From Eledone cirrhosa (Eukaryota): 64,000 nucleotides of DNA. The position numbers were made by a program, and so were the translations under genes. How positions within the stretch are numbered: position 1 is the stretch's first letter; each line of letters begins with the position of its first letter. The notes below the pieces were generated by a model. The model was not told the origin of the DNA and made no database searches. It saw nothing but the letters and a program-made list of their open reading frames with translations. The stretch is taken from positions 124,001-188,000 of the forward strand of contig CAXHJY010000702.1 of assembly GCA_964016885.1 (NCBI GenBank). Reading direction: 5' to 3'. Of the stretch, positions 1 to 13,280 are shown piece after piece.

Positions 1-194
1 CTGTCCTCTTAGATAGGCCTAGGACCATATCTGACTTGCATACATTAAGATTCTCTATATTAAACTTAAGGTTCATTTCAAACATAGAACCTCATCAACC
101 TGGAATATAGCCTGGTTTTATGTGACATTAAGCAACAGAATACAAATTAGGATGACAGCACACCAGAATTTGAAATCCCAGTCATTGTTGCTAT

Positions 195-332
195 CATTTT
201 TCAGCTGATTGAATTTGGTATATGAAGAAGAGAAACATTATGCTTCAAAGCAGCATGCATTTCCTAGTCTGGGGATCAAATCCATGACCTTAAAATTGTG
301 AGATCAACCCACTAATAATTGGGTGTGCATCT
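195..332 (-). mobile_element. Degenerate tRNA-derived SINE (family B)
   Basis: Reverse-complement similarity to the head and body of the SINE at 8864-9208. Confidence 0.45.
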
Positions 333-607
333 TCACTTTCAGAATATTTATATGTCTATTACTATCTAAAATATACATAATATATTCTCTGCTAGTGTAA
401 ATTTGACACACATGATTTTGTGTGTTGGACCTTCAATGACATGTGCTCCAGATTTTTTATCAACATTTTATCTGGTCACCCAATTAATATGCAAGTGGAT
501 GTGCATTCCACAATCAGGGGTACCCATAACATACTTCTTAGAGAGATTCATGACATGGTGTGTGTGGTAAAGCAGGCTATTTTAATTGCAGCTACATTTC
601 TTTTTTC

Positions 608-728
608 CAACTGAGTGTACTGGAGCAATAGGAAATAAAGTGTCTTCCTCGGAGACTCAATGCACCACCTGTAAACTAAAATACAGCCTTGTAATAGTGA
701 GTAAACACTCCAATCACTAAGCTATGTA
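608..728 (-). mobile_element. Degenerate tRNA-derived SINE (family B)
   Basis: CTGAGTGTACTGGAGCAATAGGAAATAAAGTGTCTT is the reverse complement of the AAGACACTTTATTTCACATTGCTCCAGTTTACTCAG core at 8959-8995. Confidence 0.6.
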
Positions 729-1163
729 CATTGATATTTAAGATTACAACACCTAAAGAGAACATATCAATCTAACAACTGGGGGTCCTGTGATTGTGAA
801 CTAGCCTATATCCAGTTCATCTAAAATGTATTCTTGGGCAAGTCTAGAATGTTCCTTTACATGGAATATACATCTGTCAGTTTCAATGATGAATGTTCCA
901 GTAGGTCAGTCATTAGAATAGTCTGTTTGTGAACGTAACGTGCAAGGGGCTGAACAGTCCATGGACATGTATACCCTTAATTCTGCATGACACAGTGTGT
1001 GACATGTGTGACCCTTTGTTTTAAAGTGCAGTCTGTCTACCCAATTTCATTCAGAGGTACAGTTCATCAAGGACCAGATTTAGACCATGGAGGGCTCAGG
1101 GCATTTCGGCTTTGGCAGGAAACTCATATCCCAACACCCACACCTACACACCCACATATATTA

Positions 1164-1209
<46 letters not shown>

Positions 1210-1518
1210 AGCAGAAAGAGAGAGAAAAGGGGACCCTTTTTGAAGAAGTGGGCTCAGGACAATTGCTCTTACTGCCCTGAGTCTATCTACTCAATTTTAC
1301 TCACAAGGATTAGGTCAACTCTAGTCTATGCTAAATAATGTTTCCCCAAGAAGTCATGCTATTGGTTTGAATTGGGGACCTTATGATTATGAAGCATGCT
1401 TAACCTATTGACCACTCTGTATCCACATTTTCTATATATATAAGTAAATATGTGTCATGAAGTTCTGATTATTACTGAGGAATATTTTTATTCAATAGTT
1501 CTATTATTATTATTTTTA

Positions 1519-1738
1519 AGGGTGATGGATTGGCAGTATCAGTAGAAGGTCGTACGCCATGCTGTACAGCACAGAGTTACGGCCCTTTATAATCTGAATT
1601 CAAATCCCGCCGAGGTTAACTTTGCCTTTCATCCTTACGGGGTCGATGAAATGAAGCACCAGTAACGTACTGGGTTGATTTAATCAACTTTCCTCTCCCA
1701 AAAATTACTGGCCATGTGCCTATACTAGAAAACATTAT
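1519..1738 (+). mobile_element. tRNA-derived SINE (family A)
   Basis: Box-B-like GAATTCAAATCCC, conserved TTTGCCTTTCATCCTTACGGGGTCGAT core and (ATT)n tail; more than 10 related copies in the window. Confidence 0.75.
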
Positions 1739-1774
1739 TTTTAAGAACGATAATAGTGTTGTGGATTCTCAATA

Positions 1775-1970
1775 ATGGTGAAGTGCCAGACATAATTTGC
1801 AACATAGTTATGTCCCTTTATCTTCTGAGTTCAAATCATGTTGAGCTTAGCTTCTTCTTTCAGCAATACGGAGTCGATAAAATAAAGCACCAGTAACATA
1901 CTGGGATCAATTTTATCGACTTTCCCCTCCCCCAAATTCCTGACCTTGTGCGTAAATCAGAAAGCATTAT
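1775..1970 (+). mobile_element. SINE family A, diverged
   Basis: GAGTTCAAATC...GTCGATAAAATAAAGCACCAGT shared with 1519-1738. Confidence 0.65.
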
Positions 1971-2502
1971 TTCTAGTAGGATTGTGTTGTGAAATATTGT
2001 GTTTGGAAAAATTATATTTACTCATAACTAAGGTCAAACTAAGATCACAGTGAATACATTAATGTCATTTGAATAATATTTGGAGACAATTTGACTGCTG
2101 TTTGTTTACATAGCAGTTATCCTTTTTTTTTTCAATATTTTGTGGTCCTCTTCAGTAACTTACTGGTGGAGAAATATTGAATTATTTTCTCCCACCTTTG
2201 GCTTCAGCGTCAAAATCTTATCTATACAAGGTGTATGATTTATTTCCAACATATCATGTATCACACATAACACACGTGTACGCATTCGTGAACAAACACA
2301 CATACATGTACACATATGCTGTTATTATTATTATTTTAGAAGAATTGTTATAGCTTCAGACAAATATCTGCAGATATTCGTTCCACCTCTTTTTAATCTG
2401 AGTTCAAATTCCAGTAAAGTAGTGGGGTTGATATAATTAGCTTTCTCCTCTTTCTAAATTGCTGACCTTGTGCCTAAATTAGAAACCATTATAATTATAA
2501 TA

Positions 2503-2670
2503 AGGGTGGTGGATTGGCAGTATCGGCAGAGGGTTGGACACCACGCTTTAGTCTGAGTTCAAATATCACCAAGGTTAGCTTTGCCTGTCATCCATATGGG
2601 GTTGATAAAATAAAGCACCGGTAATGCGCTGGAGTAATTGCTGGCCTTGTGCCAAAAGTAGAAATAATTA
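2503..2670 (+). mobile_element. SINE family A
   Basis: GGTGGTGGATTGGCAGTATCGG...GAGTTCAAAT...CTTTGCCTGTCATCC; (ATA)n tail. Confidence 0.7.
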
Positions 2671-3070
2671 TAATTATAATTATTATTGTTATTTACTTTG
2701 AAACTTCAATGTCTGCAATCAGATCTCCTCATGTCTTGTATAATTTGATACTAATTACATATAAAGTGAATTTTTTTAGAAATGTGTATATTAAATGCTA
2801 AATACCGATTCTTTTCTCTTTTTTTTTTTTTGGTTCATTGTATTAAGAATATATGTGTATATGTGTATGGAAACAAATACAATATTTTTGTGTTTAAAAA
2901 TCATATATAGCGTTACTATGATTAAGTTGTGAACATATCCCAACTAATTCTGTAACTATAAGAATGCCACATAGATTTCAGGATTCTTACAAGAATAATG
3001 AGAGACATTCATATATTTTTTAATATATAAGAACCTATCAGCTTCAGAGTCTCAATACTTTAGTAATTAA

Positions 3071-3116
3071 GCATCACTGAAGATGGATTACTTATCTTGA
3101 AATACATGTATACTGC
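3071..3116 (+). ncRNA. Degenerate type I hammerhead ribozyme motif (PLE-like)
   Basis: CTGAAGA - tGGAT tactt ATCTt - GAAA - palindromic TACATGTA - TA; stem I is decayed. Confidence 0.45.
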
Positions 3117-3158
3117 ATTCTTACACCATTACTGTGATAGCTGTGTTATGATTATGGC

Positions 3159-3321
3159 ATAACCCTTTACCATTTACATTACTCTATATATACTATAGTA
3201 TTTTCATAAAAATGGCTTTACCTCACAAAATGATCCCACATAATTTCGAATCTATGAGATTTTGAGAAAAAGGTGAGAGAATTCTGGCCAAATACGGCCA
3301 GTTTAAATGCTAAAGGGTTAA
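3159..3321. mobile_element. piggyBac-like MITE
   Basis: TIRs CCCTTTA(C/G)CATTTA...TAAATGCTAAAGGG flanked by ATAA/TTAA; inverted relative of 4992-5217. Confidence 0.75.
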
Positions 3322-4494
3322 AATGTTTAAAGCATGGCTAAATTGTATTTGTTTCCCAATGTTTTTATTTGGAAACACTGCATTGGTTCTATTGCTATTA
3401 GCAGTAAGAGTTTTGCACTTATTTTTTTTTTATTTAGTACACTGAAGGTATGAAAAGATAGACCTAAAAATGATCATGATTGAGGATGAGTTATTCAATC
3501 ATAATTAACTAAAGGATATATATTATGGAAATTCACAAACAGAAAAAGTTTGCCTTATATGTCCACCAAAAAGGAATTGGTTAGTATAAGTTAAGTATAA
3601 AGAGAATTTAAATAGATATAAATTTAGAACTGTCGATATTTGAGGAAAAGTGTAAATGAGAATAGTAATCACTGAGGATAGCAATTATAAAGAATTTGAA
3701 ATTTAATTATTGCTTTTAGTTTCAAACTAGACAACTATTAATGCTTCAAGTGAGTTAAACTTGTGTAAAGTTCTCTTTTCTCTCCATTATTGCATTGCAG
3801 ATAGATTTTGAAATATATGGGAAAAAAAAACAGGTAAAATGAATCAAATGAATTATGATCTTTCATGTTTGTCAAAGATACCAAATTCTTCATTTTAGAG
3901 AATTTCCTGATTGTATTATATTTGCTATTTGGTTTCGCCTATCTTAAGTAAAAAGTGAGCTTCTATTGAATCGATAGATCTATATTGCCATAGCCCATTT
4001 TAGAAGTCTACGGATTTCTGGAAATTCCATATATTTCTCTTTTAACATCAATATATAAAGAATTTCTGGCAAGTTTTTCAATCTACCCTTTTAGTGGTAG
4101 TATATTTGCCAAAAGCTGAAATCTCAATGTGGTATTAATACGTAGACATTCAAAGTAAACTGGTGCATCAAATAGATTGCTGTACTTTGTTCTCCAGGTC
4201 ATGTAAAAGATTCAGTCAATGGTATTCTCTTGAAATATTCAATATATATATATATGCATGTGTGTGTGTTTGTGTGTGCATGGATGCATGTATCTGAGTG
4301 TTTGTATGTGTGCATGAAGAGTTAAAAGGAAATTTTTTTTTTGTAACACTTATTTTTGAGTAATATGCATACATCTTGAGAATTCTTTTGTTTTAGTTAT
4401 ATTATGCATAAGTGTGGATGCAAATATGTAAATATGGGTTTGAATATATGTATAAAGAAGGGTAAATACGTCCTGATATATATATATAAGTATG

Positions 4495-4525
<31 letters not shown>

Positions 4526-4991
4526 AAATAAATAGAATTAAACAGATGAATTGAGGCATATTATAATGCATATAGAGGTGTATGCATATATGTAAATAAT
4601 AGACCATAATTTTCTGTATTTATTTATAGAAAGTAATATAAACATATATATCACTAAACATACACGCTATATGAAGATGATTATATATGTGATGTGTGAT
4701 TGGACATATGTTAGTTTATGTTTACACCAGTTCATTTTCACAAATGCATAGCAGTGTAAAAATATACATATCTCTGTATGGATTTATGTATCAGTTTGTA
4801 TGTGCATGTATGTATGCTTGTATGTATCTATGTATGTCAATGTAAAGGTATATAGCTAAATGGTAATAGTGTTCATGTCTTGAGAAGGCTGTTTGGTTGT
4901 TTGAACAAGAACAACACTCACCCAATCTAACAGAAATCTAACAAAAGCATATATATCAATACATCTTTTATTCCTTCATTGTTTCACTTGT

Positions 4992-5217
4992 TTAACTCTT
5001 TAGCATTTAAACCAGCCATATCCGGCCAGAATTCTCTCATCTTTCTGTTCAAACCAGCTGTAACCAGCTGCTTATACTTATGTTAAGGTATTGTTCTCAA
5101 AATAAATAATATCAAAATCTCGTATATTCAATATTATGTGAGCTATTATGTGAGGTAAAGCCTTTACCATGAAAATATACTAGTATATATAGAGTAATGT
5201 AAATGCTAAAGGGTTAT
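4992..5217. mobile_element. piggyBac-like MITE, same family as 3159-3321, opposite orientation
   Basis: TTAA CTCTTTAGCATTTA...TAAATGCTAAAGGG TTAT. Confidence 0.75.
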
Positions 5218-5519
5218 GTCGAAGATTATGGTCAGGCTGAGATACCACCATGATATACTTGATCATATTGATCCCAGTAAATATTTTTCAAATCTTCTAC
5301 ATATTCTTATTGATTTTATTTCTTTTGTCAAAACTCTGGGTTATGGGTCATAAACTTAGTCATGCATAATCGCAGCCACACACACACACATAGACAGACA
5401 GAATATTTCATGGGTTTTGCAGTTTTCATCAGCCAAATTCCATTCATAAGTCATTGGTCAATTTGAAGCATTTCTGTTTTTATTTATCTATTAATAATAA
5501 TAATAATAATGGTAATAAT

Positions 5520-5675
5520 GGTTTCTTATATAGGCACAAATCGACCCCAGTGCATGACTCGTACTTTATTTTATCGACCCCGTAAGGATGAAAGGCAAAG
5601 TTAACCTCAACAGGATTTGAACTCAGATCATAAAGGGCTGTAACTCTATGCTGCATAGAATGGTGTCCAACTCTC
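5520..5675 (-). mobile_element. SINE family A
   Basis: ATCGACCCCGTAAGGATGAAAGGCAAAGTTAACCTC...GGATTTGAACTCAG is the reverse complement of the family A core. Confidence 0.75.
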
Positions 5676-6114
5676 TAATAATAATAATACTGACAACAAT
5701 AAGAAAAAGGGAATAAAAGGAAAGAAAGAATAGGGAAATATAGAGAAAAAAGAGAACAAAGATCAGAAAGAACAGGAAGTGGAGGGGATGGCAAGAGCTC
5801 TGGTGTCACAGAAGAGAGGGGAGGGATGAAGAGGGAGGGTAATTGGGCTTTAGGCCTAGGGTAAGAGGGAAGATATGCGGCGCCCCGCAGACAAGATGGC
5901 AAAAGCATTCCTGCGGACAATGGCCGGTGTTACCCACTGCAACAGCCACCCAACCTCGCAGGGCTCCCTCCTCACACAGACCGCAGACTATATATATATG
6001 TGTGTGTGTGTATATGTGTGTATGTATGTGTGTGTGTATGTGTGAATGTATGTGTGTATATGTGTGTGTATGTATATGCGTGTGTGTATATATGTATGTG
6101 TGTGTGTGTGTGTA

Positions 6115-6144
<30 letters not shown>

Positions 6145-6146
<2 letters not shown>

Positions 6147-6494
6147 ATGCGTATGTGTGTATGCGCAGGGACATAGATATAATCGGGCTGGATACCCAAT
6201 TGCATGTCTAAACAACTGGGAGTGAAGGACCCCTGGCCTTTGTCTGGGCATTTTCTAGGAAACTGGGATAACTCCAACATTAAACCTGTGGCTCAGTAGC
6301 TACCGATGATGTTGATCTTTTCCTCTTTTGGAGTTATAGCTATTGTTGCTCAGAGATGGGATTGGCTTAGAGCACAGTCTTTCCCCACTTTAAAAAAAAA
6401 TCTTCAAGCACAGGCATTGCACGGTAGCATTAATTGATAATTAATAATGTTATATCGTGCAATGGCCATACTCTATAATGAGGGGGCAGCCATC
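6145..6494 (+). mobile_element. Non-autonomous RTE-derived element, diverged relative of 23716-24117
   Basis: Colinear similarity to the reverse complement of 23716-24117 (GATGATGTTGA, GCACAGGCATTGC); the same 3' end, GGCAGCCATC, is followed by (AT)n. Confidence 0.6.
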
Positions 6495-6544
6495 ATATAT
6501 ATGTGTGTGTGTGTCATTCTGCAGGAAGTGGTGGGCTACCTTAG

Positions 6545-7893
6545 ACTAACCCTGCTGGTCCCTCTATTAGGTCGATGTGGGGGAGACTGTCTTTCTCCCA
6601 TTTATTCTCCTCATTTAGTAGCCTTTCGTAGTGACACTTCCAAGCTACCTTCTTATCAGCGTCAGTGATGGCAAGTACACCATCATCATTAAGTACACAC
6701 TTCTCCCCGACAATATCAGGGTTTTCCTTGCCACATTGCCTAGCAATCCTGAACACCTCACGTTTTTGGTCCTCGCATTGTAGAATATGCTTGAACTTTC
6801 TTTCCTCTGCTTCCCTTCTTGCGAAGTACACTTGTCTCCTAGCTTCCCTCCTGGCCACTTGATAGTCTTCTCTACTTCCCCCATCTTGCCATACTTTCCA
6901 AGCCTGCTTTTTGGCCTTAATTGACTCCTCCACCTTACTGTTCCACCACGACGTTACTCTCCTCCTGCCTATAGGCCTGCTCCAGCCACAGACTTCATCT
7001 GCCGCCATCAGCAGGTTTGCTTTCAGGAATTCCCACTGTTTCTCTATATTGTACGACTCTAATTGCTCTTCCTTACTGTCGAAAGCATCAAGTAATATGC
7101 TTTTAAATTTATTACTGACTGTGGGGTCGTTTAGCTTCCATATTTTTCTCCTGAGGATAGTCCTCTTCTGTTGTCGAGTACGTCTCGTCCTGACTATGAG
7201 GTCGCTAATTATGAGTCTATGTTGGGAGGCGCATTCTTCATGGGGGAGGGATTTAGTGTTTACAACAGACACTCTGTCACGTCTTCTGGTAAGGATATAA
7301 TCTACCTGGCTGGTATGTTTCCCTGATCTGTAGGTGATCAAGTGATTGTCTCATTTTTTGAAGTTAGTGTTACAGATAGTTTGGCTATTTGGGTCACAGA
7401 ATTCCAGGATTCTGGAGCCTTCCACATTTCTAGTACCAAACCCATAGCCTCCATGGATTCCGTCATAGCCGTCACAATGTTGTCCAACGTGACCATTTAG
7501 GTCGCCAGCAATAATTATATAGTCACTGTCGGTTATTTGGGAGGTAGTGAGCATCAGTGTCTCATAGAATCTGTCTTTTATAGCGCCAGGCAGTCCGGAT
7601 CGGGGTGCGTACGCAGATATTACTGTCACAGTAGTTCTATTTAGAACAAGTCTTATTTTAATTATTCTGTCGTTCACTCTATTTACGTCTATTATCTTAT
7701 CCACCCATTTTTCTGCTAACATGAATCCTACCCGACCCAGCCGATTGTCATTTCCCACCCAGAAATGCTTATAGCATCGTTTTTAACACACAATGAATCT
7801 AGCAGACCCGCCACTCCAACTGGTCTCTTGGATACAGCAAACATCAACCTCCTTACGTTCAAGCATTTCTACAACCTCGTTAGAGTGACCTTT
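6545..7893 (-). mobile_element. RTE LINE fragment: AP-endonuclease and linker region, disrupted
   Basis: ORFs with [21 protein letters not shown] and SQVDYIL motifs; high identity to 56560-57542. Confidence 0.9.
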
Positions 7894-7930
7894 ATATATA
7901 TATAGATATATATAGATATATGTATATATA

Positions 7931-8091
7931 TAACGAAGGAAATGTGGTAAGGAACCAGATGAACCATAACGCACCAAAGAACTCAATACTAGAGTGGGTA
8001 ATATGATCAAGTAGGAAACCGACGGCTGAGCTCAAGCCGTTTCGACGGCTAATTTTAGTCCAGAATTAGCCGTCAAATGATGATGATGATA
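7931..8091 (+). mobile_element. 3' terminal fragment of a CR1-group LINE with (GAT)n tail
   Basis: Encodes PDEP and NSILEWVI* in two frames, resembling the ORF2 C-terminus PDKP...NSLLEW at 10260; two hairpins precede the tail; flanked by TA. Confidence 0.5.
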
Positions 8092-8104
8092 TATATATAT
8101 ATAC

Positions 8105-8181
<77 letters not shown>

Positions 8182-8412
8182 CATATATATATATATACAT
8201 ATATATATATATCTACATATATATACATATCAATATATATACATACATATACATATATATATGTATATATATGTATATATATATATACATATATATATAT
8301 ATACATGTATATACATATGTATATATATATATACATATATATATGTATATATATATATACATATATATATATACATATATATATACATATATATATACAT
8401 ATATATATATAC

Positions 8413-8459
<47 letters not shown>

Positions 8460-8676
8460 CATATATATATACATATACATATATATATGTATATATATAT
8501 ACATATATACATATACATATATATATGTATATATATATACATATATACATACACATATATATATGTATATATATATATACATATATATATGTATATATAT
8601 ATACATATATATATGTATATGTATATATATATGTATATATACATATATATAAATATACGTATATATATATATATAC

Positions 8677-8723
<47 letters not shown>

Positions 8724-8794
8724 CATATATATATAGATATATATATACATATATATATACATATATATATATGTACATATATATATATATGTAC

Positions 8795-8825
<31 letters not shown>

Positions 8826-8863
8826 CATATATATATATGTATATATATATATATATGTATATG
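8090..8863. repeat. Interrupted (TA)n microsatellite
   Basis: Direct reading. Confidence 0.98.
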
Positions 8864-9207
8864 TGGAGGCACATGGCTTAGTGGTTAGAGCATTGGCCTT
8901 GCAATCGAAAGGTTGTGAGTTCAATTCTCAGACCGGGTGATGTGTTGTTTCCTTGAGCAAGACACTTTATTTCACATTGCTCCAGTTTACTCAGCTGTAG
9001 AAATGAGATGATAGGGACTGGGGTCCATATCATTCCACTGCAAAGTGGTCGTGGAGGTGCCACGGCAAAAAAGCACCCAGCACTCACTGTAAATGAGGTT
9101 GGTGTTAGGAAGGGCATCCAGCTGTAGAAATCAAGCCAGAATCAGTTCCCGTCCCACCCTTGCAAGCAGGGAAAAGTGGACGTAAAATGAAATGATGATG
9201 ATGATGA

Positions 9208-9208
<1 letters not shown>
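8864..9208 (+). mobile_element. tRNA-derived SINE (family B) with RTE-like 3' tail, inserted in (TA)n
   Basis: Box A TGGCTTAGTGG and box B GAGTTCAATTC; the 3' ~150 bp match the RTE 3' UTR (GTTGGTGTTAGGAAGGGCATCC...GGACGT); (GAT)n tail. Confidence 0.85.
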
Positions 9209-10164
<956 letters not shown>

Positions 10165-10259
10165 TAACTTTATAACTTTGAATAACTTTGAAATGTTTTG
10201 GCCAGTATTGGCCCAGGCCATGTCTAACTTAATAGCACCACCTGGCGAAGTCTTTCAAT

Positions 10260-13200
10260 TCAGGATTTGGGCACCATGGCCCATTCGAGAAGAGAATTAC
10301 TGTTTGCGGAGACATATCCGGGTGTGGGTGGTTTGTCCGGGATTACTTGGAGGAATTTGTCCAAAGACTTCTTGAATTTTGTGTGGTCAGTTTCTGTTTT
10401 GACGTGTCCTGGTGTGATGTTGAAGAGAGCAGGGCCGATTGAGGTGAAATAATTGTGCCGTATTGATGTTATGAGTTGCGATTTAGATTTTTGAATGGGA
10501 CGGATAGCACGGGGCCCAAGCCTTGGGTGTATCTTGAAGGCGATGCCAACATCATTTGGGCAGTGATGATGGAACATTTTCCACATCATGCAGATAATAT
10601 AACGCTCACGGCGACGTTGGAGTGAGTAAAGTTTCAGGTTTTCCAATCGACCCCAGTAGTCAAGGTCTGACATGCCATCTATCTTTTTCGTGATTGCCCT
10701 TTGAGGAGCTTCAAGTTTCATGATACTTTGTTTCGTGTGGGGAGACCACAGTGGACAACAGTATTCAAGGTGTGGTCGGGCGAAAGTAGAGAAGAGAAGG
10801 ATAATGGTGCGGGAATCTCTCGACTGGAAGGTTCTGAGGATCCAGGAACACATTCTGCGGGCCATGTCAACTTTGCTGCTTATATGCGTGGTCCAGCTTA
10901 TGTTGCTGTCCACGGTTACTCCCAAGTCTCTGATGTTGTTAGATGCCACGAGAGTTTCCCCGGAGGGAAGGGAGTACGGGAGTTTCAGAGCATCCTCTTT
11001 TCCAAAGTGGATCAGTTCGAATTTGTCTTCGTTCAGTAACATGTTGTTCTTTTCTGCCCATTGGGTAACAGCCAGTAGGTCTGACTGAAGGCTTATCCGG
11101 TCATCCACGCCATTGATGACCTTTTGGAGCTTGGAATCATCAGCGAAAATTTTAATGTTGCTGTGTTTGATGATGTCAGTGATGTCATTAATATAGATGA
11201 TGAAGAGAAGTGGGCCCAACACAGTGCCTTGTGGGACTCCACTACTGACTTTGGCTGGGCTTGATTTGACTCCCTCAACTACAACATGTTGGGTTCTGTT
11301 TGACAGGAAGCTCTTGATCCACTGCAGCAGCTTTCCAGTGACACCAATATTGGACAGCTTTCTCAGTAGAATGTTATGATCAACCCTGTCAAAGGCCTTG
11401 CTGAAATCAAGGTAGATAACATCAGTGTTGGAACCCTCTCCCAAGGCTCTCAAAATGTCATCAAAGTGATGCAGTAGTTGCGTCAGGCAATCCCTTCCAT
11501 TACGGAATCCATGCTGGTTGGAGTTCAGCATATTGTTACTCTCAAGGAAGTGGGTCATTCGCGATCTCACCACTCGCTCAAATACCTTAATGATATGAGA
11601 GGTGAGTGAGATTGGACGGTAATTCACGGCAAGGGATTTGTTTCCCTTTTTGAAAACTGGGACAACAGACTGGGATAGAAGGTTTTCTGGCACATATCCA
11701 GCATCCAGTGAGTTCCGCCACAGATTGGCAAGAGGAGAAGCAAGTTGGTGTTGACACGCCTTCAAGACACAAGCAGGGAACCTATCGGGACCTACTGCTG
11801 AATTATGCTTGATTTCCTTTATTGCCGCCAAGACATCAGGGGCGCCAAACGTTATGTCCGATAAGGTGTAATGGGGAGTAACATCGCCGATACAGCCCAG
11901 ATCGGCCATATCAGGATTGCTGAAAACAGAGCAGTATTGTTTCTGCAGTATCTCACCCATGGTTTTAGCATTGTCTTGAAGAGTGCCATTTTCATCAATT
12001 AGAGGGCCAACAGTAGAGCCAGTGATTTTGTGTTTTTTTGCAAATGAAAAGAACACTTTGGGATTGAGTTTGATCTTCTCAATGGCCCAGGCCTCTTCAG
12101 CTCTTCTCTGATTGTTGATGAGGGACATTATGTTGTTTTGGAGGTTATGTTTTTTAATCTCTAGTGATGAAATGGCAGTCAAGTTGATGTGTTGCTGCTG
12201 ACAGTATTTCAGATTGTTGATTTTTTTGTTCGTTCTCTTAATTTTTCTGATGAGCGTTTTTCTATTTCTAGGGATTCTGCTCTTAGATTTGTTTATAGTT
12301 CTTAATGGGGTGTGTTTAGCACATATGTTTGTAACAGTGTCCACAAATGTCTGCCAGGACTTTTTGATGTTAGTGGGTGTATGAGTGTGCGTGAAGGACC
12401 AGTCGACATGTGCAAGATCATGACTGATCGCTTCCCAGTTTGCATTGTGGAAATCCATAGCGTCAAACGGATGGACAGGAGAAATGACATTGGGTTTGTA
12501 TATTGGACGGTGGAATCTCAGATCACAGAGAACCATGTCATGATCAGAGAGTAGAGTTTTCTCCACTGCAATATTGTGGATATTGTCAGTGTGATTGCTG
12601 AAAATTAAGTCTAGGACGTTTTTGTGGCACCTCGTTGGTTCGAGCACTAGTTGGGATAGGAAGAAATCATCCATGAAGTCAAGAAGCGATTCCACAGCTT
12701 CCCTGTCAGAGGTTGAGGCAGAAGAACCTGGTGGCAGGGTGTTTGTGGACCAGTCAACTCCGGGGAGGTTGAAGTCCCCCATCATTAAGATATTGTCAGG
12801 GTGACACTCTTGGATGAAACACTTTATGCTGTTGAGGCATTCCTTGAAGCATGGTACAGGCGTTTGGGGTGGCCTATAGAGCCCAACTACTAATAGGTTG
12901 TTGGTTTGACTGAATACAGTGACTGCCTCACAGTATCCATTAGTGAATATGTTCATAGCCTCTGTTGAGAAAGAATTATGGACATAAATGGCAGTTCCGC
13001 CCTTTCTTCTGCCAGCGCGATCAGCACGGATGGCTTTGAAATTTTTCACTTTCACCTCGGCTTCCAAGTGGAGGTTACTGAGATGGGTTTCAGTGAGGAC
13101 GAAGAAAGGGATGTGGTTTGGATGGACATCAATCCAGTCCTCCAGGAATTTGATCTTCCATTTTTGAGTATTGGTGGAAGGGCTGATGCCTTGGGCGTTA

Positions 13201-13280
13201 AGTAAAAATGTAGAGGCGAGAGTGGATGGTTTTAATTGTTTTGGTGTGTTGTTAATTTGTTTGTTTGTTAATGGCAGCAA
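10260..13280 (-). CDS. LINE ORF2: apurinic endonuclease and reverse transcriptase
   Basis: EN motifs LNAQG, ETHL, YRPP, GDFN, SDH; RT motifs [29 protein letters not shown]; the annotated start is TTG and the frame is open from 13397. Confidence 0.95.
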   Translation of the reverse strand: MLPLTNKQINNTPKQLKPSTLASTFLLNAQGISPSTNTQKWKIKFLEDWIDVHPNHIPFFVLTETHLSNLHLEAEVKVKNFKAIRADRAGRRKGGTAIYVHNSFSTEAMNIFTNGYCEAVTVFSQTNNLLVVGLYRPPQTPVPCFKECLNSIKCFIQECHPDNILMMGDFNLPGVDWSTNTLPPGSSASTSDREAVESLLDFMDDFFLSQLVLEPTRCHKNVLDLIFSNHTDNIHNIAVEKTLLSDHDMVLCDLRFHRPIYKPNVISPVHPFDAMDFHNANWEAISHDLAHVDWSFTHTHTPTNIKKSWQTFVDTVTNICAKHTPLRTINKSKSRIPRNRKTLIRKIKRTNKKINNLKYCQQQHINLTAISSLEIKKHNLQNNIMSLINNQRRAEEAWAIEKIKLNPKVFFSFAKKHKITGSTVGPLIDENGTLQDNAKTMGEILQKQYCSVFSNPDMADLGCIGDVTPHYTLSDITFGAPDVLAAIKEIKHNSAVGPDRFPACVLKACQHQLASPLANLWRNSLDAGYVPENLLSQSVVPVFKKGNKSLAVNYRPISLTSHIIKVFERVVRSRMTHFLESNNMLNSNQHGFRNGRDCLTQLLHHFDDILRALGEGSNTDVIYLDFSKAFDRVDHNILLRKLSNIGVTGKLLQWIKSFLSNRTQHVVVEGVKSSPAKVSSGVPQGTVLGPLLFIIYINDITDIIKHSNIKIFADDSKLQKVINGVDDRISLQSDLLAVTQWAEKNNMLLNEDKFELIHFGKEDALKLPYSLPSGETLVASNNIRDLGVTVDSNISWTTHISSKVDMARRMCSWILRTFQSRDSRTIILLFSTFARPHLEYCCPLWSPHTKQSIMKLEAPQRAITKKIDGMSDLDYWGRLENLKLYSLQRRRERYIICMMWKMFHHHCPNDVGIAFKIHPRLGPRAIRPIQKSKSQLITSIRHNYFTSIGPALFNITPGHVKTETDHTKFKKSLDKFLQVIPDKPPTPGYVSANSNSLLEWAMVPKS

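Noticed and set aside
2115-2160. Minus-strand CTGAAGA...GAAA with a 5-bp flanking stem
   Set aside because: Stems II and III cannot form.
8864-8935. tRNA gene
   Set aside because: A/B boxes are present but there is no clean cloverleaf; the sequence continues into a SINE body.
10701-12804. Short antisense ORFs within LINE ORF2 (and within the RTE copies)
   Set aside because: Shadows of the coding strand with no independent motifs.
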